A DNA stretch of 64,000 nucleotides from contig JBBCJC010000001.1 of the NCBI GenBank assembly GCA_037189525.1, positions 256,001 through 320,000 on the forward strand. Direction: 5' to 3'. The notes beneath the pieces were generated by a model, which worked only from the letters and a program-made list of their open reading frames with translations, did no database searches and had not been told where the DNA came from. Positions 30,090 to 40,148 of the stretch are shown here, piece after piece (position 1 is the stretch's first letter; each line of letters opens with the position of its first letter). This DNA is from Gemmatimonadales bacterium. GTDB lineage: Bacteria; Gemmatimonadota; Gemmatimonadetes; Gemmatimonadales; GWC2-71-9. A program made the translations under genes and the position numbers.

Positions 30090-31154
30090 ATGGCGAGCCA
30101 TTCTCAATTCAGCCTGGTTCTGAGCGGCGGCGGTCTCAAGGGGCTGGCCCATGTGGGCGTCCTCCGGGCCCTGGAGGAACGCGGCCTCGAACCGTCGGTC
30201 GTGGTCGGCTGCAGCATCGGCGCCTTGATCGCGGCCGCCTGGGCAACCGGCATGTCGGTCCGGGAAATGGAAGATCGTGCGCTGGCCGTCAAACGGTCCG
30301 ACATCTTCCGCGTCGCGCACTTCGACATGGCCTTCAAACGGATGCGATCACCGGCGGTCTATCGGGCCGATCCGCTCGATTCGCTGATCACCTCGATCGT
30401 GGGCGACCGGACTTTTGCCGACCTGCCACGGCGCCTGGTGATCAACACCGTGGACATCAACACCGGCAATCAGCTGCTCTGGGGGCTCCCGGGGCTCACC
30501 GACGCGAAAGTGGCCGACGCCGTCTTCGCTTCCTGCGCACTGCCGGGCATCCTTCCTCCGCGCACCATCAACGGGCATGTCTGTGTCGACGGCGCCGTGA
30601 TCGAGAATCTGCCGGTCCGCGCCTCGCTGGGCCTCTGCCAGGGACCGATCATTGCCGTCGATGTCGGCGGGAGCGGAGGACAGCGCCGGGCCGTCGAGCG
30701 CCAGGGCTTTGCGTCGACCTACGCGCGGGGACTCGAGCTGGTGATGAACACCCTCTCGGCGGAGCTGCTGCGCGCCTGGCACAATCCGCCCGTCGTGATC
30801 GTCCGGCCCCGGGTCGAGCGGATTCCGATGTTTGCGTTCAATCGGACGCCCTACCTGATCGCGGAGGGATTCCAGGCCCTGCACACGACCCTGGAAAGCC
30901 TGCCCCGAGCCATGGAGGACTTGCCGCCCGGGATTCATCCGCAGCGCGAAGTGGTGTTGTCCATCGATGACGACGCCTGCGTCGCGTGCGGCGTCTGCTA
31001 TTCCCGCCAGCCTCACGTCTTCCGCCGAAAACCCGACGGCCACGCGGAGGTCAAGGTGCCTCGGCATTGGTGGTCGCCGCTCGACGACCGGATCCTGCGC
31101 GCCTGCCCGACCGGCGCGATCAAGGCCGAGCAGCGCTGGCCCCTGCCCGACTGA
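30090..31154 (+). CDS. Patatin-like phospholipase fused to a C-terminal single-cluster ferredoxin
   Basis: GGGLKG, GCSIG nucleophile elbow, DGA; C-terminal IDDDACVACGVC..QPHVF....CPTGAI. Confidence 0.85.
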   Translation: MASHSQFSLVLSGGGLKGLAHVGVLRALEERGLEPSVVVGCSIGALIAAAWATGMSVREMEDRALAVKRSDIFRVAHFDMAFKRMRSPAVYRADPLDSLITSIVGDRTFADLPRRLVINTVDINTGNQLLWGLPGLTDAKVADAVFASCALPGILPPRTINGHVCVDGAVIENLPVRASLGLCQGPIIAVDVGGSGGQRRAVERQGFASTYARGLELVMNTLSAELLRAWHNPPVVIVRPRVERIPMFAFNRTPYLIAEGFQALHTTLESLPRAMEDLPPGIHPQREVVLSIDDDACVACGVCYSRQPHVFRRKPDGHAEVKVPRHWWSPLDDRILRACPTGAIKAEQRWPLPD

Positions 31155-32292
31155 GATCGCGGAGCAGCGCCACGGTCCGATCCCAGTTCCGTTCGGATTC
31201 CGCCCAGGCACGGCCGGCCATACCGAACCGGTTTGCCAGACCCGGATCGTCGAGGAGGCGGCCGATCGCATCGACGACGGCCGGCAGGTCGCGCGGCGGG
31301 ACCCGGAAACCGGTTTCGTCGTGGCGTACCGCTTCGGCGGTACCACCGCTGGCGCCGGCCACGACGGGAATGCCCGCCCCCGCGGCATCCATCAGCGCAA
31401 TCCCGAATCCCTCGATATCGAGCCCTTCCGCGCGCGAGAGCCCGGCATATAGCGTCGCCGCTCGGTAGGCAGCCGGCAGTTCGTCATCGGTTACCCGGTC
31501 GAGCCAGACGACCCGATCGGCCACTCCTCTCGCCACCGCGAGTTCCCGAAGCCGCGGGCCATCGCTACCACGACCCACGACCAGATAGCGCACATCGGCG
31601 TATGCCGGCCCGAGCAGCGCGAGCGCTTCGATTACCGAATCGATGCCTTTATGTGGCACTAGCCGCGCAACCGTCAGGAGGTACCGCCCCGCCGTCAGAC
31701 CATGACGAACCAGGAACGGCACTGGATCGACCTCGGGCCGGAAGCGGGCCACGTCGGTGCCGAGGGGGACGACCCGGATCCGGCCATCGGCGGGTACGCG
31801 GAGTTCGTCGAGCACCTTACCCGCAAGCTCCGCAGTCCAGCGGCTGTTGGCCGCGAGGACCGAGGCACCACCCAACAGGGCCCGGGCGCTCAGGGCTTTG
31901 AGCCGAGAGCGCCGGTACTTGGCCTGAAGCTGGAGCAGGTCGCCGCCGTGCACCATGATGCCGTAGGAAATGCCATCCCGCCGCCGCACTTCCCGCGCAA
32001 CGTAGCTGGCGGGGCGCACTGTATCACACCAGATGAACCCGACCCGATGATCCCGAACCAGTTCGCGCGCGCGCCGGCGCCACGCCCACAATCCCGGCAG
32101 AGTCTTGAGCCGGTTCGACGCCACCGGAACGCGATCGACCGTTACGTCGGTCCAGCCATCGTCGGCATCGGGCACGAGGCCGGTCGACACCACCAGGTCA
32201 TCCGGCGGATAACGACGGGCCAGCTCCGTCATCCACCGCGCAATCCCGCCACCGATCGGGGGAAAATCATGGGCGAGCAGCAGGTCGGCCAT
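31120..32292 (-). CDS. Glycosyltransferase family 4 (PimB-like)
   Basis: DFPPIGGGIA, VARLVPHKG, EGFGIALMDA. Confidence 0.9.
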   Translation of the reverse strand: MADLLLAHDFPPIGGGIARWMTELARRYPPDDLVVSTGLVPDADDGWTDVTVDRVPVASNRLKTLPGLWAWRRRARELVRDHRVGFIWCDTVRPASYVAREVRRRDGISYGIMVHGGDLLQLQAKYRRSRLKALSARALLGGASVLAANSRWTAELAGKVLDELRVPADGRIRVVPLGTDVARFRPEVDPVPFLVRHGLTAGRYLLTVARLVPHKGIDSVIEALALLGPAYADVRYLVVGRGSDGPRLRELAVARGVADRVVWLDRVTDDELPAAYRAATLYAGLSRAEGLDIEGFGIALMDAAGAGIPVVAGASGGTAEAVRHDETGFRVPPRDLPAVVDAIGRLLDDPGLANRFGMAGRAWAESERNWDRTVALLRDLSRAGASAARP

Positions 32293-32296
32293 CGGT

Positions 32297-33277
32297 TCAG
32301 GGCTGATCCAGCATGATGCGCAGCCGGCGTTCGAACCGTTCCGTTGCCGCCGCCACGGTCAGATGCGCGAGTGCATTCGGGTCCACCGGCGGCCGATACA
32401 GCGCCGTCTCGATGGCCCGCACCAGCATCTCGTCGTCGTCGCGGTCGAAGTAAGTGACGGCGTCGCGGAGATGTTGCCGATGGGGCGCAATGTCGGAGGC
32501 AACGGTCGGAATGCCCTGGGCCACCGCCTCCATCGGCGTCAAGCCGAATCCTTCGAACCGGCTGGGCGCCACCACCACACTCGCCGCCCGATACGCCGCC
32601 GCAATGGCCTCCTCGGTCTGCCATTCGGAATCGACCTGCAGGTTGACGCCGAGTTCAGCCGCCGTATAGCGCAACGTCTCGCGTTCGGGGCCCTGCCCGA
32701 TCAAGTGCACGGCCGGACGCGGCGTCATCTGCGCAGCGGCGCGCACGATCGCGATATGGTTCTTGTGGCGCACCAGCCGGGAAATGGACAGCAGCTTGAA
32801 CACCGGCGGCGCGGGCCGGACCAGCGGCTGGAAGCGGTTCGAGTCGTAGCAGAAGGGGACCACCTCGGCATGGACGCCAAACCGGGCCCGCAGATCCTCG
32901 GCCGTCAACGTCGACGGCGCCCAGACCGCGGTCGCTCGGCGCGCAACCCAGCGGAGGCGGCTGTAGAACCCCGACCGCTCGGGATATCCGCCCAGCGGAC
33001 GGGGAATCCGATAGATTCGGCTGCCCAGCGCAAACACGAAATCGGAATAACCTCCACCGAGTCGCCAGGGGGGGAGATCCCAGACATAGAGAATCAGCGG
33101 ACAGCGATGCCGGCGGGCGTACTCCATACCTTCGACCGCCGATTGCCCGTCCATCACGACGGCCAACCGGGCCGGCCGATCCCCTTCGGCCGCAATGACG
33201 AAGCCCCGATCGCGCAGCGGCTCGAGAACCAACTCGCAGAAGCGGTTGGGGGCAAACCAGCGAATTTCGTCCGTCAT
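32297..33277 (-). CDS. Glycosyltransferase family 4
   Basis: SRLVRHK, PSRFEGFGLTPMEA. Confidence 0.88.
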   Translation of the reverse strand: MTDEIRWFAPNRFCELVLEPLRDRGFVIAAEGDRPARLAVVMDGQSAVEGMEYARRHRCPLILYVWDLPPWRLGGGYSDFVFALGSRIYRIPRPLGGYPERSGFYSRLRWVARRATAVWAPSTLTAEDLRARFGVHAEVVPFCYDSNRFQPLVRPAPPVFKLLSISRLVRHKNHIAIVRAAAQMTPRPAVHLIGQGPERETLRYTAAELGVNLQVDSEWQTEEAIAAAYRAASVVVAPSRFEGFGLTPMEAVAQGIPTVASDIAPHRQHLRDAVTYFDRDDDEMLVRAIETALYRPPVDPNALAHLTVAAATERFERRLRIMLDQP

Positions 33278-34143
33278 CGAACCAACCGATAGTTGCGGAA
33301 CTCGAACACTCGTGTGCCGGTCAGCCGCTCAAGCAGGTCGGATGCATAGAACCGGAGATGCTCCCACTCGAAAAACGGTTCGGTAATCTTCCGCTCCAGG
33401 TCGAGGCGCTGACGCGCGATCCACTCGTTGGCTACCTGCGGATGGGTGCCATGGAAAGGACGGATGCCCGGAAACCAGCGCAGCACGGCTCGATCGTACG
33501 TGTATTCCGGGCGGTCGGGATAGAGCGAGCGATCGATGGTGGCTCGGCCCCTGAGCGCCGCGGCCGACCGGATGAACCCGTAGTGAAACATCTCGGCATC
33601 GGCGAGGCGTGAGGGTACCCGGCGATCGGTCGGCCCGACCCGGAACCCCTGCGCATCGCGGAACGGATGCACGTCGCGGGCGGGATCGAGCCGCACCGCG
33701 CGGATCTCGCGGCGATACCATCGCCGGTTGACGGCCTCCAGATCCGGACTCCCAATGAAGTGGCGGTAACGAACCACGACCCCATCGATCCGTTCGTCAT
33801 CCGCACTGGATCGGATGGTCTCGACCAACGCCGGGCCACCGCCCTCGTGAAGCACCTCGTCGGCCTGGATGTAGATGCCCCAGGGATGCCGGCAGGCGCG
33901 CATGGCCCGCAGCGTCTCGTTCCGGAGCACCGACTTGCCCTCGGCAAAATTCCACTCGGCTTCGACGATCCGAATCCGGGGGTCGTCAATCGAACGCACC
34001 AGGTCGAGCGTGTCGTCGGTCGAATGGCCGACATTGACGACCAGCTCATCGACCAGCGGCAGGATGGAGCGGATGCTCTCGACCACCGGGAAGTCCAACT
34101 CGATGGCGTTCCGGACGATGGTAAAGCCCGAGATCGGTATCAT
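33274..34143 (-). CDS. Glycosyltransferase family 2
   Basis: SGFTIVRNA, STDDT, IQADE, DAQGFR, FHYG. Confidence 0.85.
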   Translation of the reverse strand: MIPISGFTIVRNAIELDFPVVESIRSILPLVDELVVNVGHSTDDTLDLVRSIDDPRIRIVEAEWNFAEGKSVLRNETLRAMRACRHPWGIYIQADEVLHEGGGPALVETIRSSADDERIDGVVVRYRHFIGSPDLEAVNRRWYRREIRAVRLDPARDVHPFRDAQGFRVGPTDRRVPSRLADAEMFHYGFIRSAAALRGRATIDRSLYPDRPEYTYDRAVLRWFPGIRPFHGTHPQVANEWIARQRLDLERKITEPFFEWEHLRFYASDLLERLTGTRVFEFRNYRLVR

Positions 34144-35084
34144 GCCAGGGTGCGCGCGATCAGGGTCTCGAGACGATGCCGCCAGGTGTGCTCGCGCAAG
34201 GCTCGCGTCCGCGCGCGCGCCGCGATCTCGGTGCGTCTGACCGGATCGGCCAGCAGTTCGACCGCCCGCTCCCGCAGTTCCGCCGGCGACCGAAAGAGCA
34301 CGATCTCCTCATCGGGCACGAAACTGCGCGCGATATCCGCCTTGGCGTCGACCAGCTGCACCGTGCCGATCCCCGCAATCTCGAAGACCCGACGATTGGC
34401 CCCGGTCCCATAACGCCCCTGCGCAGCTGGCTCTCCGAAGAACTGATGGATATTGAGCGCGATGTCGGCGTTCGAGAACGCTTTGAGGAAATCGTCGCCG
34501 TACAACGGACCGCGTGGCATGTCCGGCCCCCAGGTATTCAGCCCGAGATCGGCCACCGATTCGAGCGCCTGGACCCGAAGCGGCTCGCGAGACCCGACGA
34601 AGGCAATCCCGGAGCGGGGCCAGGCCGGATCGGGCAACGGCCGATGGTATTCGGGATCGCACCCCTCGGCCAGATACTCGGCCTGATGCCCGGCTTCCAG
34701 GTGCCGAGCAACCATCGAGGTGTCGAAGATGAAGCAGCGATCGTAGGCGCGCCCGATCCGGAGCGAGAGGTCGAGCAGATGCGGGCTATCGGGAAACCAG
34801 TTGGCCCATCGCGCCGACGAGACGCCCCGAAGGGCATCGATCACCTCGGGCTCCAGCAGGCCGCCTTTGAAGACGATGACGAGGTCGGGACGATGCGCAC
34901 CGAGCAGACGACGGAGCCGCCGGCCCAGGGTCCGGCCGGTCAGACGTTCGACGGTACTGGTCCGCTCTTCGCACGGCACCGCCGTGACACCCAGCGATTC
35001 GAGCGCGCGAAGCAGCGCACCGCCGGTCCGATGGTACCGCTCGTTGAACTTGGCCACGAGCACGGCCGTGACACCTGCAAACAT
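34140..35084 (-). CDS. CgeB-like glycosyltransferase (Glyco_trans_1_2)
   Basis: NWFPD, IAFVGS, NRRVFE, HTWRHR. Confidence 0.8.
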   Translation of the reverse strand: MFAGVTAVLVAKFNERYHRTGGALLRALESLGVTAVPCEERTSTVERLTGRTLGRRLRRLLGAHRPDLVIVFKGGLLEPEVIDALRGVSSARWANWFPDSPHLLDLSLRIGRAYDRCFIFDTSMVARHLEAGHQAEYLAEGCDPEYHRPLPDPAWPRSGIAFVGSREPLRVQALESVADLGLNTWGPDMPRGPLYGDDFLKAFSNADIALNIHQFFGEPAAQGRYGTGANRRVFEIAGIGTVQLVDAKADIARSFVPDEEIVLFRSPAELRERAVELLADPVRRTEIAARARTRALREHTWRHRLETLIARTLA

Positions 35085-35087
35085 GAT

Positions 35088-36095
35088 TCAGTCGTCGACC
35101 GGAACGGGCGGCTGGACACCTTGGTGGGGAACGCGAACCCCGATGGCATCGAGCAGACGCCTGGCCCGATGCATATGGGTGTGCCTGGCCAACAGCTTCC
35201 GTCGCGCGGCCGCGCCGAGTTCATCGCCGAGTTGCGGCGCCTGGAGCAATTCCTTGACCCGCTCTTTGAGCTCCTTGGGGGAACCGATCGTCACGACTTC
35301 CCGTTCCGGCTCCAGGTAGTGCGGCAGATCGATCCGGGCATCGACGACCTGGGGCAAGCCCATGGCTGCGAGTTCGAAGACGCGCTGATTGCAGGCCGCC
35401 GCGTCGCGGCCACCGACATCATGATGCAGGTTGACGGCAACCGACGCGCCGCCGTACGCTCGGACGTATTCAGCCGTCGTCCGTGCCTCGCCGCGGCAGT
35501 AGTCGCGCAGGGCAGTCCGACGCCAACCCGGCCCCCAGAGCGCCAGGCCGCATTCGACCAACTCGGCGAGGTAGCGCTCCCGAACCGGCGTGGCGGCCCC
35601 GGCAAAGACCACGTTGGCGCGATACTGGTCCTTGGTCCGCATCGGCCGATAGACCGAGGGATCGGCCGCGTGCGGCAAAACTTCCGCTCCAGTCCCGACG
35701 ACGCGCTCATAGGCAGCTGCCACGTCGGACCCGATCACGAAGACGTGATCGTACGCGCGAGCGCTGGCGAGCACTTCGTCGAGCCGTCCCAGGTCGTCGG
35801 GAAACCAGTTGACGATCGGCTTGCCCGACTCGCGCCGGATCGTCTCGACCATGCTCTCGGAGAGGTCGTAGCCTCCCACGACGATCACGGCCTCGGCCTC
35901 GGCCGTCTCGATCGCCTTCAAGATCCGTGACCGCAGGTCGCTGCCGCCCAGAAAACCGAGGAAACCGCTCCGGCGCCGCAGATCGAAGGTGCTCACGTCG
36001 CACCCGACCCGTTCCAAGGCCCGGGCCCGCTGGTTCGAGTGGGCAAACTCGCCGTCGTCGAATGTCGCAATCAGCAGGACCGAAGGTGCGGTCAC
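35088..36095 (-). CDS. CgeB-like glycosyltransferase (Glyco_trans_1_2)
   Basis: NWFPDD, HAADP, NQRVFE, HTHMHR; paralog of the neighbouring gene. Confidence 0.8.
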   Translation of the reverse strand: MTAPSVLLIATFDDGEFAHSNQRARALERVGCDVSTFDLRRRSGFLGFLGGSDLRSRILKAIETAEAEAVIVVGGYDLSESMVETIRRESGKPIVNWFPDDLGRLDEVLASARAYDHVFVIGSDVAAAYERVVGTGAEVLPHAADPSVYRPMRTKDQYRANVVFAGAATPVRERYLAELVECGLALWGPGWRRTALRDYCRGEARTTAEYVRAYGGASVAVNLHHDVGGRDAAACNQRVFELAAMGLPQVVDARIDLPHYLEPEREVVTIGSPKELKERVKELLQAPQLGDELGAAARRKLLARHTHMHRARRLLDAIGVRVPHQGVQPPVPVDD

Positions 36096-37909
36096 GCCAG
36101 TTCCTCCACGGAACGGAATTGCAGGTCATGCAGCCGGCGATAGAGCCCGCCGTTTGCCAGCAGGGCAAGATGGGTCCCTCGCTCGATGATCTTGCCGCTC
36201 TCGAGGACGAGGATCTCGTCGGCATGTTGCACCGTCGCGAGCCGGTGCGCAACCACCAGCACGGTCCGGTCCTGCATCAGACGGTCGATCGCTTCCTGCA
36301 CCAGCCGCTCGGACTCGGTGTCGAGTGCGCTGGTGGCTTCATCGAGAATCAGAATCGGCGGATCGCGCAACAGCGCGCGCGCAATCGCAATCCGCTGGCG
36401 CTGGCCGCCCGAGAGCCGAGTGCCCCGCTCACCAAGCAACGTCTCGAAGCCCTGCGGGAGCCCCTGGATGAACTCGAGCGCATTGGCCGCGCGCGCCGCG
36501 GCTTCGACCTGTTGCCGGGTGGCTCCCGGCCGGCCGTAGGCAATGTTGGCGTGCACCGTATCGTTGAGCACGACCGTTTCCTGACTGACCAGGCCGATCA
36601 GATCGCGCAACGAACTCCGCCGGAGTTCCGTGAGCGGCACGCCGTCCAATTTGATGGCCCCGGTCGTCGGATCGTGAAAGCGTGTCACCAACTCGAGCAG
36701 GGTGGTTTTCCCCGCCCCGGACGGTCCGACGACCGCCACGACATGACCCTTGGGGACGACGAACGAGACATCGTCGAGCACGACATCGTGATCGTACCGG
36801 AAACCGACCCGCTCGAAGACGAGATCGCGCTCGAAGCGGGCCTCGTGCGCTCCGGGCAGGTCCGTTTCCGTCGCAGGCCGGTCGAGCCAGGCAAAGACCC
36901 GCTCCGCGCTGGCCAGCGCAATCGCCATGGAAGTCGGGAACTGCGAGAGCGATTTGATCGGGGCCATCATCTTGAGCGCAATGACCAGGAACCCGATGGT
37001 CACCTCCGGGCTCAATTCCGCCCCGATGACCGCGGGATTGGCCGCCGCCCAGATGATCAGAATGATGACGAAGCCGCCAAAGATTTCACTGACCGGATGG
37101 CTGAGCGAGGAGAAGCGCTGGGTGCGGATGTAGCGTTTCCGATAGCTGTCGGCCTGCTCCGCGAAGGCATCGACCTCGTGTTCCTCCGCCCCATAGCCGC
37201 GAATCAGTTTGATGGCGCCGAGCCGCTCGGTCACGGTCGAAGTCAGGAGCCCGCGTTCTTCCGCAAACTCTCCGGCGTGACGTCTGAGCCGGCGCAGCAA
37301 CTGCTGGATTCCGATCACGAGGATCGGGGCGGCAGCGAGGGTCAGCGCCGTCAAACGCCATGAAATTCCTGCCAGAATCCAAAGCGAGACCAGAATCAGA
37401 ACCAGATTCTGGAAAAACGACGCGAGCGCCGCGGCAACGGCCTGCTTGCTCTGGTCGGCGTCCGAGATCACGCCCGAGACGAGCTGCCCCTGGCGGGTGC
37501 GCTGAAAAAAGCCCAGATCGATCGAGAGGAGATGGCGATAGAGCTTGACCCGGAGATCCCGGACCAGTCCCTCCTGCACCGCGACCGACAGCTGCGCCGC
37601 CGCATAGGTGAAGAAGTTCTTGAGGACCAGTCCCGCCAGCAGCACGATGACGAGCCGCGTGCCCGCCGTGGCCCGGTCGGCCCCACCGATCAGCGGCTCG
37701 AGCAACCGGCTGGTAATCGCCTCGAGTTCGGTGCTGCCCGGTGAAAGAGCTCCCGCCGTTCCAAACAGCGTTTTGAGCAGCGGAATCAGGATGACGATGG
37801 TGACCCCATCGAGCACCGACGCCACCAGGGTCGCCGCCAAACCGAGACCGAAGAGTCCCCAATAGGGCCGAGCGACCTGAAAGAGGCGTTTCGCGACATT
37901 CCGCTGCAT
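36092..37909 (-). CDS. ABC transporter permease/ATPase, MsbA-like
   Basis: 6-TM domain; GPSGAGKT, LSGGQRQR, ILDEATSALD, AHRL. Confidence 0.93.
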   Translation of the reverse strand: MQRNVAKRLFQVARPYWGLFGLGLAATLVASVLDGVTIVILIPLLKTLFGTAGALSPGSTELEAITSRLLEPLIGGADRATAGTRLVIVLLAGLVLKNFFTYAAAQLSVAVQEGLVRDLRVKLYRHLLSIDLGFFQRTRQGQLVSGVISDADQSKQAVAAALASFFQNLVLILVSLWILAGISWRLTALTLAAAPILVIGIQQLLRRLRRHAGEFAEERGLLTSTVTERLGAIKLIRGYGAEEHEVDAFAEQADSYRKRYIRTQRFSSLSHPVSEIFGGFVIILIIWAAANPAVIGAELSPEVTIGFLVIALKMMAPIKSLSQFPTSMAIALASAERVFAWLDRPATETDLPGAHEARFERDLVFERVGFRYDHDVVLDDVSFVVPKGHVVAVVGPSGAGKTTLLELVTRFHDPTTGAIKLDGVPLTELRRSSLRDLIGLVSQETVVLNDTVHANIAYGRPGATRQQVEAAARAANALEFIQGLPQGFETLLGERGTRLSGGQRQRIAIARALLRDPPILILDEATSALDTESERLVQEAIDRLMQDRTVLVVAHRLATVQHADEILVLESGKIIERGTHLALLANGGLYRRLHDLQFRSVEELA

Positions 37910-37970
37910 GGGGAGGAAGCTAATTGGACCGTTATCTTTCGGTCCCTTTTCCCGGCGCGCTCACGCACTC

Positions 37971-38978
37971 GTGGCTCCTCGCATACTCGTGGTTCGGATG
38001 AGTTCGCTGGGCGACATCCTGCTCACCACTCCTCTGCTCCGCGCGCTCCGGACCCGTCATCCGGACGCCTGGATCAGCTATGTCACCAAGACGGCCTTTA
38101 CGCCGCTCCTGGCCGACAACCCGCGGATCGATGAGCTGATTCCCTACGATCCGAGCCAGCCGCTCGGCGTGCTGGTCGATCGGCTGAAGGCGGGTCAGTA
38201 CACCCATCGGCTGGACCTCCATGGCAGTCTGCGGAGCCGGATCCTGCGGCTCCGGGTGCCGGGCACGTGGCGCGGCTATCCCAAGCATCGCCTGGCCCGG
38301 ACCCTCCTGATCCGGACCAAGCGGAACGTCTATCGCGACACGCGACATGTGGTCGAGCGATACTTCGATGCCGCCCGCGATCTGGACGTCCAACCGGACG
38401 GGAAGCCGCTCGAGTTTTTCATCCGCCGGGAGATGCTCGATCAGGCCGCCGATTTTCTGAATGAGCGGGGGTTGGGCTACGATCGGACCCTGGTGGCCGT
38501 CTGCCCCGGCGCTCAACATGCGACCAAACGCTGGCCGGTTCGCCACTGGCAGCATCTGGTCACCCTGCTGACTACCCGAGGCTATGACGTCGTGGTCTTA
38601 GGCGGCCCAGCGGAGCGCGAGCTGGGCGAGGAAGTGGCCGCGGCCGGCGCGGAACACGCCGCCAGCGCCGCCGGCTATTTCGAGATCGGGGTCTCCGCCG
38701 CCCTGCTCAAGCGGTCGGCGCGCGCCGTGACCGGAGACTCGGGATTGCTCCACCTCGCCACCGCGGTCGGGACACCTCTGGTGGGTCTCTACGGCCCGAC
38801 GGTGCGGCCGTTCGGATTCTTTCCCTATCAGGCCAAGGCCACCGTGCTCGAACTGCCGCTCGACTGCCGGCCCTGCAGCAAGATGGGTGGGCCGGTCTGC
38901 CCGCTGGGGCACCATCGCTGTCTGGTCGACATCGCGCCGGACCAGGTGTTCGAAGCGGTCCGCAAGGTGCCCCGGTGA
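37971..38978 (+). CDS. Glycosyltransferase family 9 (LPS heptosyltransferase-like)
   Basis: SSLGDILL, PGA...KRWP, DSGLLHLA, YGPT, CRPC...CPLGHHRC. Confidence 0.9.
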   Translation: MAPRILVVRMSSLGDILLTTPLLRALRTRHPDAWISYVTKTAFTPLLADNPRIDELIPYDPSQPLGVLVDRLKAGQYTHRLDLHGSLRSRILRLRVPGTWRGYPKHRLARTLLIRTKRNVYRDTRHVVERYFDAARDLDVQPDGKPLEFFIRREMLDQAADFLNERGLGYDRTLVAVCPGAQHATKRWPVRHWQHLVTLLTTRGYDVVVLGGPAERELGEEVAAAGAEHAASAAGYFEIGVSAALLKRSARAVTGDSGLLHLATAVGTPLVGLYGPTVRPFGFFPYQAKATVLELPLDCRPCSKMGGPVCPLGHHRCLVDIAPDQVFEAVRKVPR

Positions 38979-39343
38979 GTCCCCTCCCGTCGGCAACCCA
39001 CGCCCTGGCCGAGCAGATGGCCGAAGCCCGCCGTGGGCCGCGCCGGGACACGCTGTTCGGACTATGGTTGGCCCTGCGGGTCATCCAGGATCTGCCGGCC
39101 GCCGACGCCGTCGACCGCCCATACCGGCGCCGGGTTGCCATGCTGGCCAAACGGCTGTCGAGCCTGACGATGGTGCCCGGGATCAAGCGCGCCCTGCTAG
39201 GGGTCGTGGCCGAACTGGAGACCGCCAACCGGAACCACGGCCATGCCCTGCTGGCCCAGCTCGCCACGGCGGTCCGCGACTCACTCGGCGCCGAGACGGC
39301 CGAGGTGCTCCAGCGGGCAACCCGGGCATTCCCCAGCCCCTAG
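38975..39343 (+). CDS. Hypothetical alpha-helical protein
   Basis: GTGA overlap with the GT9 gene; fills the gap to yebC; coding-like codon use. Confidence 0.6.
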   Translation: MSPLPSATHALAEQMAEARRGPRRDTLFGLWLALRVIQDLPAADAVDRPYRRRVAMLAKRLSSLTMVPGIKRALLGVVAELETANRNHGHALLAQLATAVRDSLGAETAEVLQRATRAFPSP

Positions 39344-39398
39344 AGGAACATCGGCCGGGGCTCTAAGTTGCGTCCCGACCCGAGCGGAAGGAGCGCCG

Positions 39399-40148
39399 AT
39401 GGCCGGCCATAGCAAATGGAAGCAGATCAAGCGAAAGAAGGCCGTGACGGACTCCCGTCGGGCCTCGACCTGGACCAAGTGCATCCGCGAAATCACCGTG
39501 GCGGCCAAAGCCGGCGGCGGCGACCCGGGCGGTAACCCGCGACTCCGCACCGCGATCGACGCGGCGCGGGCGGTCAACATGCCCAACGACAACATCGATC
39601 GGGCCATCAAGAAGGGCACCGGCGAACTCGAGGGCGCCATCTACGAAGAGGTGAGCTACGAGGGCTACGGGCCCGGCGGCGTCGCCATCTACGTCGAAGG
39701 CACCACCGACAACGCCAACCGCACCGTGGCCGAGGTCCGGCACGCCTTTACCCGCAACGGGGGCAACCTCGGCGCCTCGAACTCGGTCGCGTGGATGTTC
39801 GATCGCAAGGGGCTCATCAACCTCGACGCCACTCGGTCCGCCGAAGATCAGACCCTGGAGGATGCGCTGGAAGCCGGGGCCGAAGATTTCGTGCGGGACG
39901 GCGACAACTACGTGGTGACCACGGCGCCGTTCGATCTGCACACCGTGCAGGACACCTTGAAGGCCAAGGGCTACACGATCGAGTCGGCCGAGATCGCGAT
40001 GGTACCGCAGAACACCATCAAGGTCGCCGGCGACGAGGCGACCAAGCTGATCAAGCTGATCGAGATGCTGGAAGAGCAGGACGACGTCTCGAAGGTGTTT
40101 GCCAACTTCGACATCGACGCCGACGCGCTAGTGGAAGCGGAGGGGTGA
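39399..40148 (+). CDS. yebC: YebC/PmpR family protein
   Basis: MAGHSKW, NPRLR, YEGYGPGG, TDNANRT; RBS AAGGAG. Confidence 0.96.
   Translation: MAGHSKWKQIKRKKAVTDSRRASTWTKCIREITVAAKAGGGDPGGNPRLRTAIDAARAVNMPNDNIDRAIKKGTGELEGAIYEEVSYEGYGPGGVAIYVEGTTDNANRTVAEVRHAFTRNGGNLGASNSVAWMFDRKGLINLDATRSAEDQTLEDALEAGAEDFVRDGDNYVVTTAPFDLHTVQDTLKAKGYTIESAEIAMVPQNTIKVAGDEATKLIKLIEMLEEQDDVSKVFANFDIDADALVEAEG

Noticed and set aside
27272..31154. HerA-like ATPase plus patatin as an anti-phage (CBASS or HerA-type) system
   Set aside because: The ATPase is the housekeeping DUF853/YjgR type, the genes are not co-oriented, and no cyclase or Sir2 partner is present
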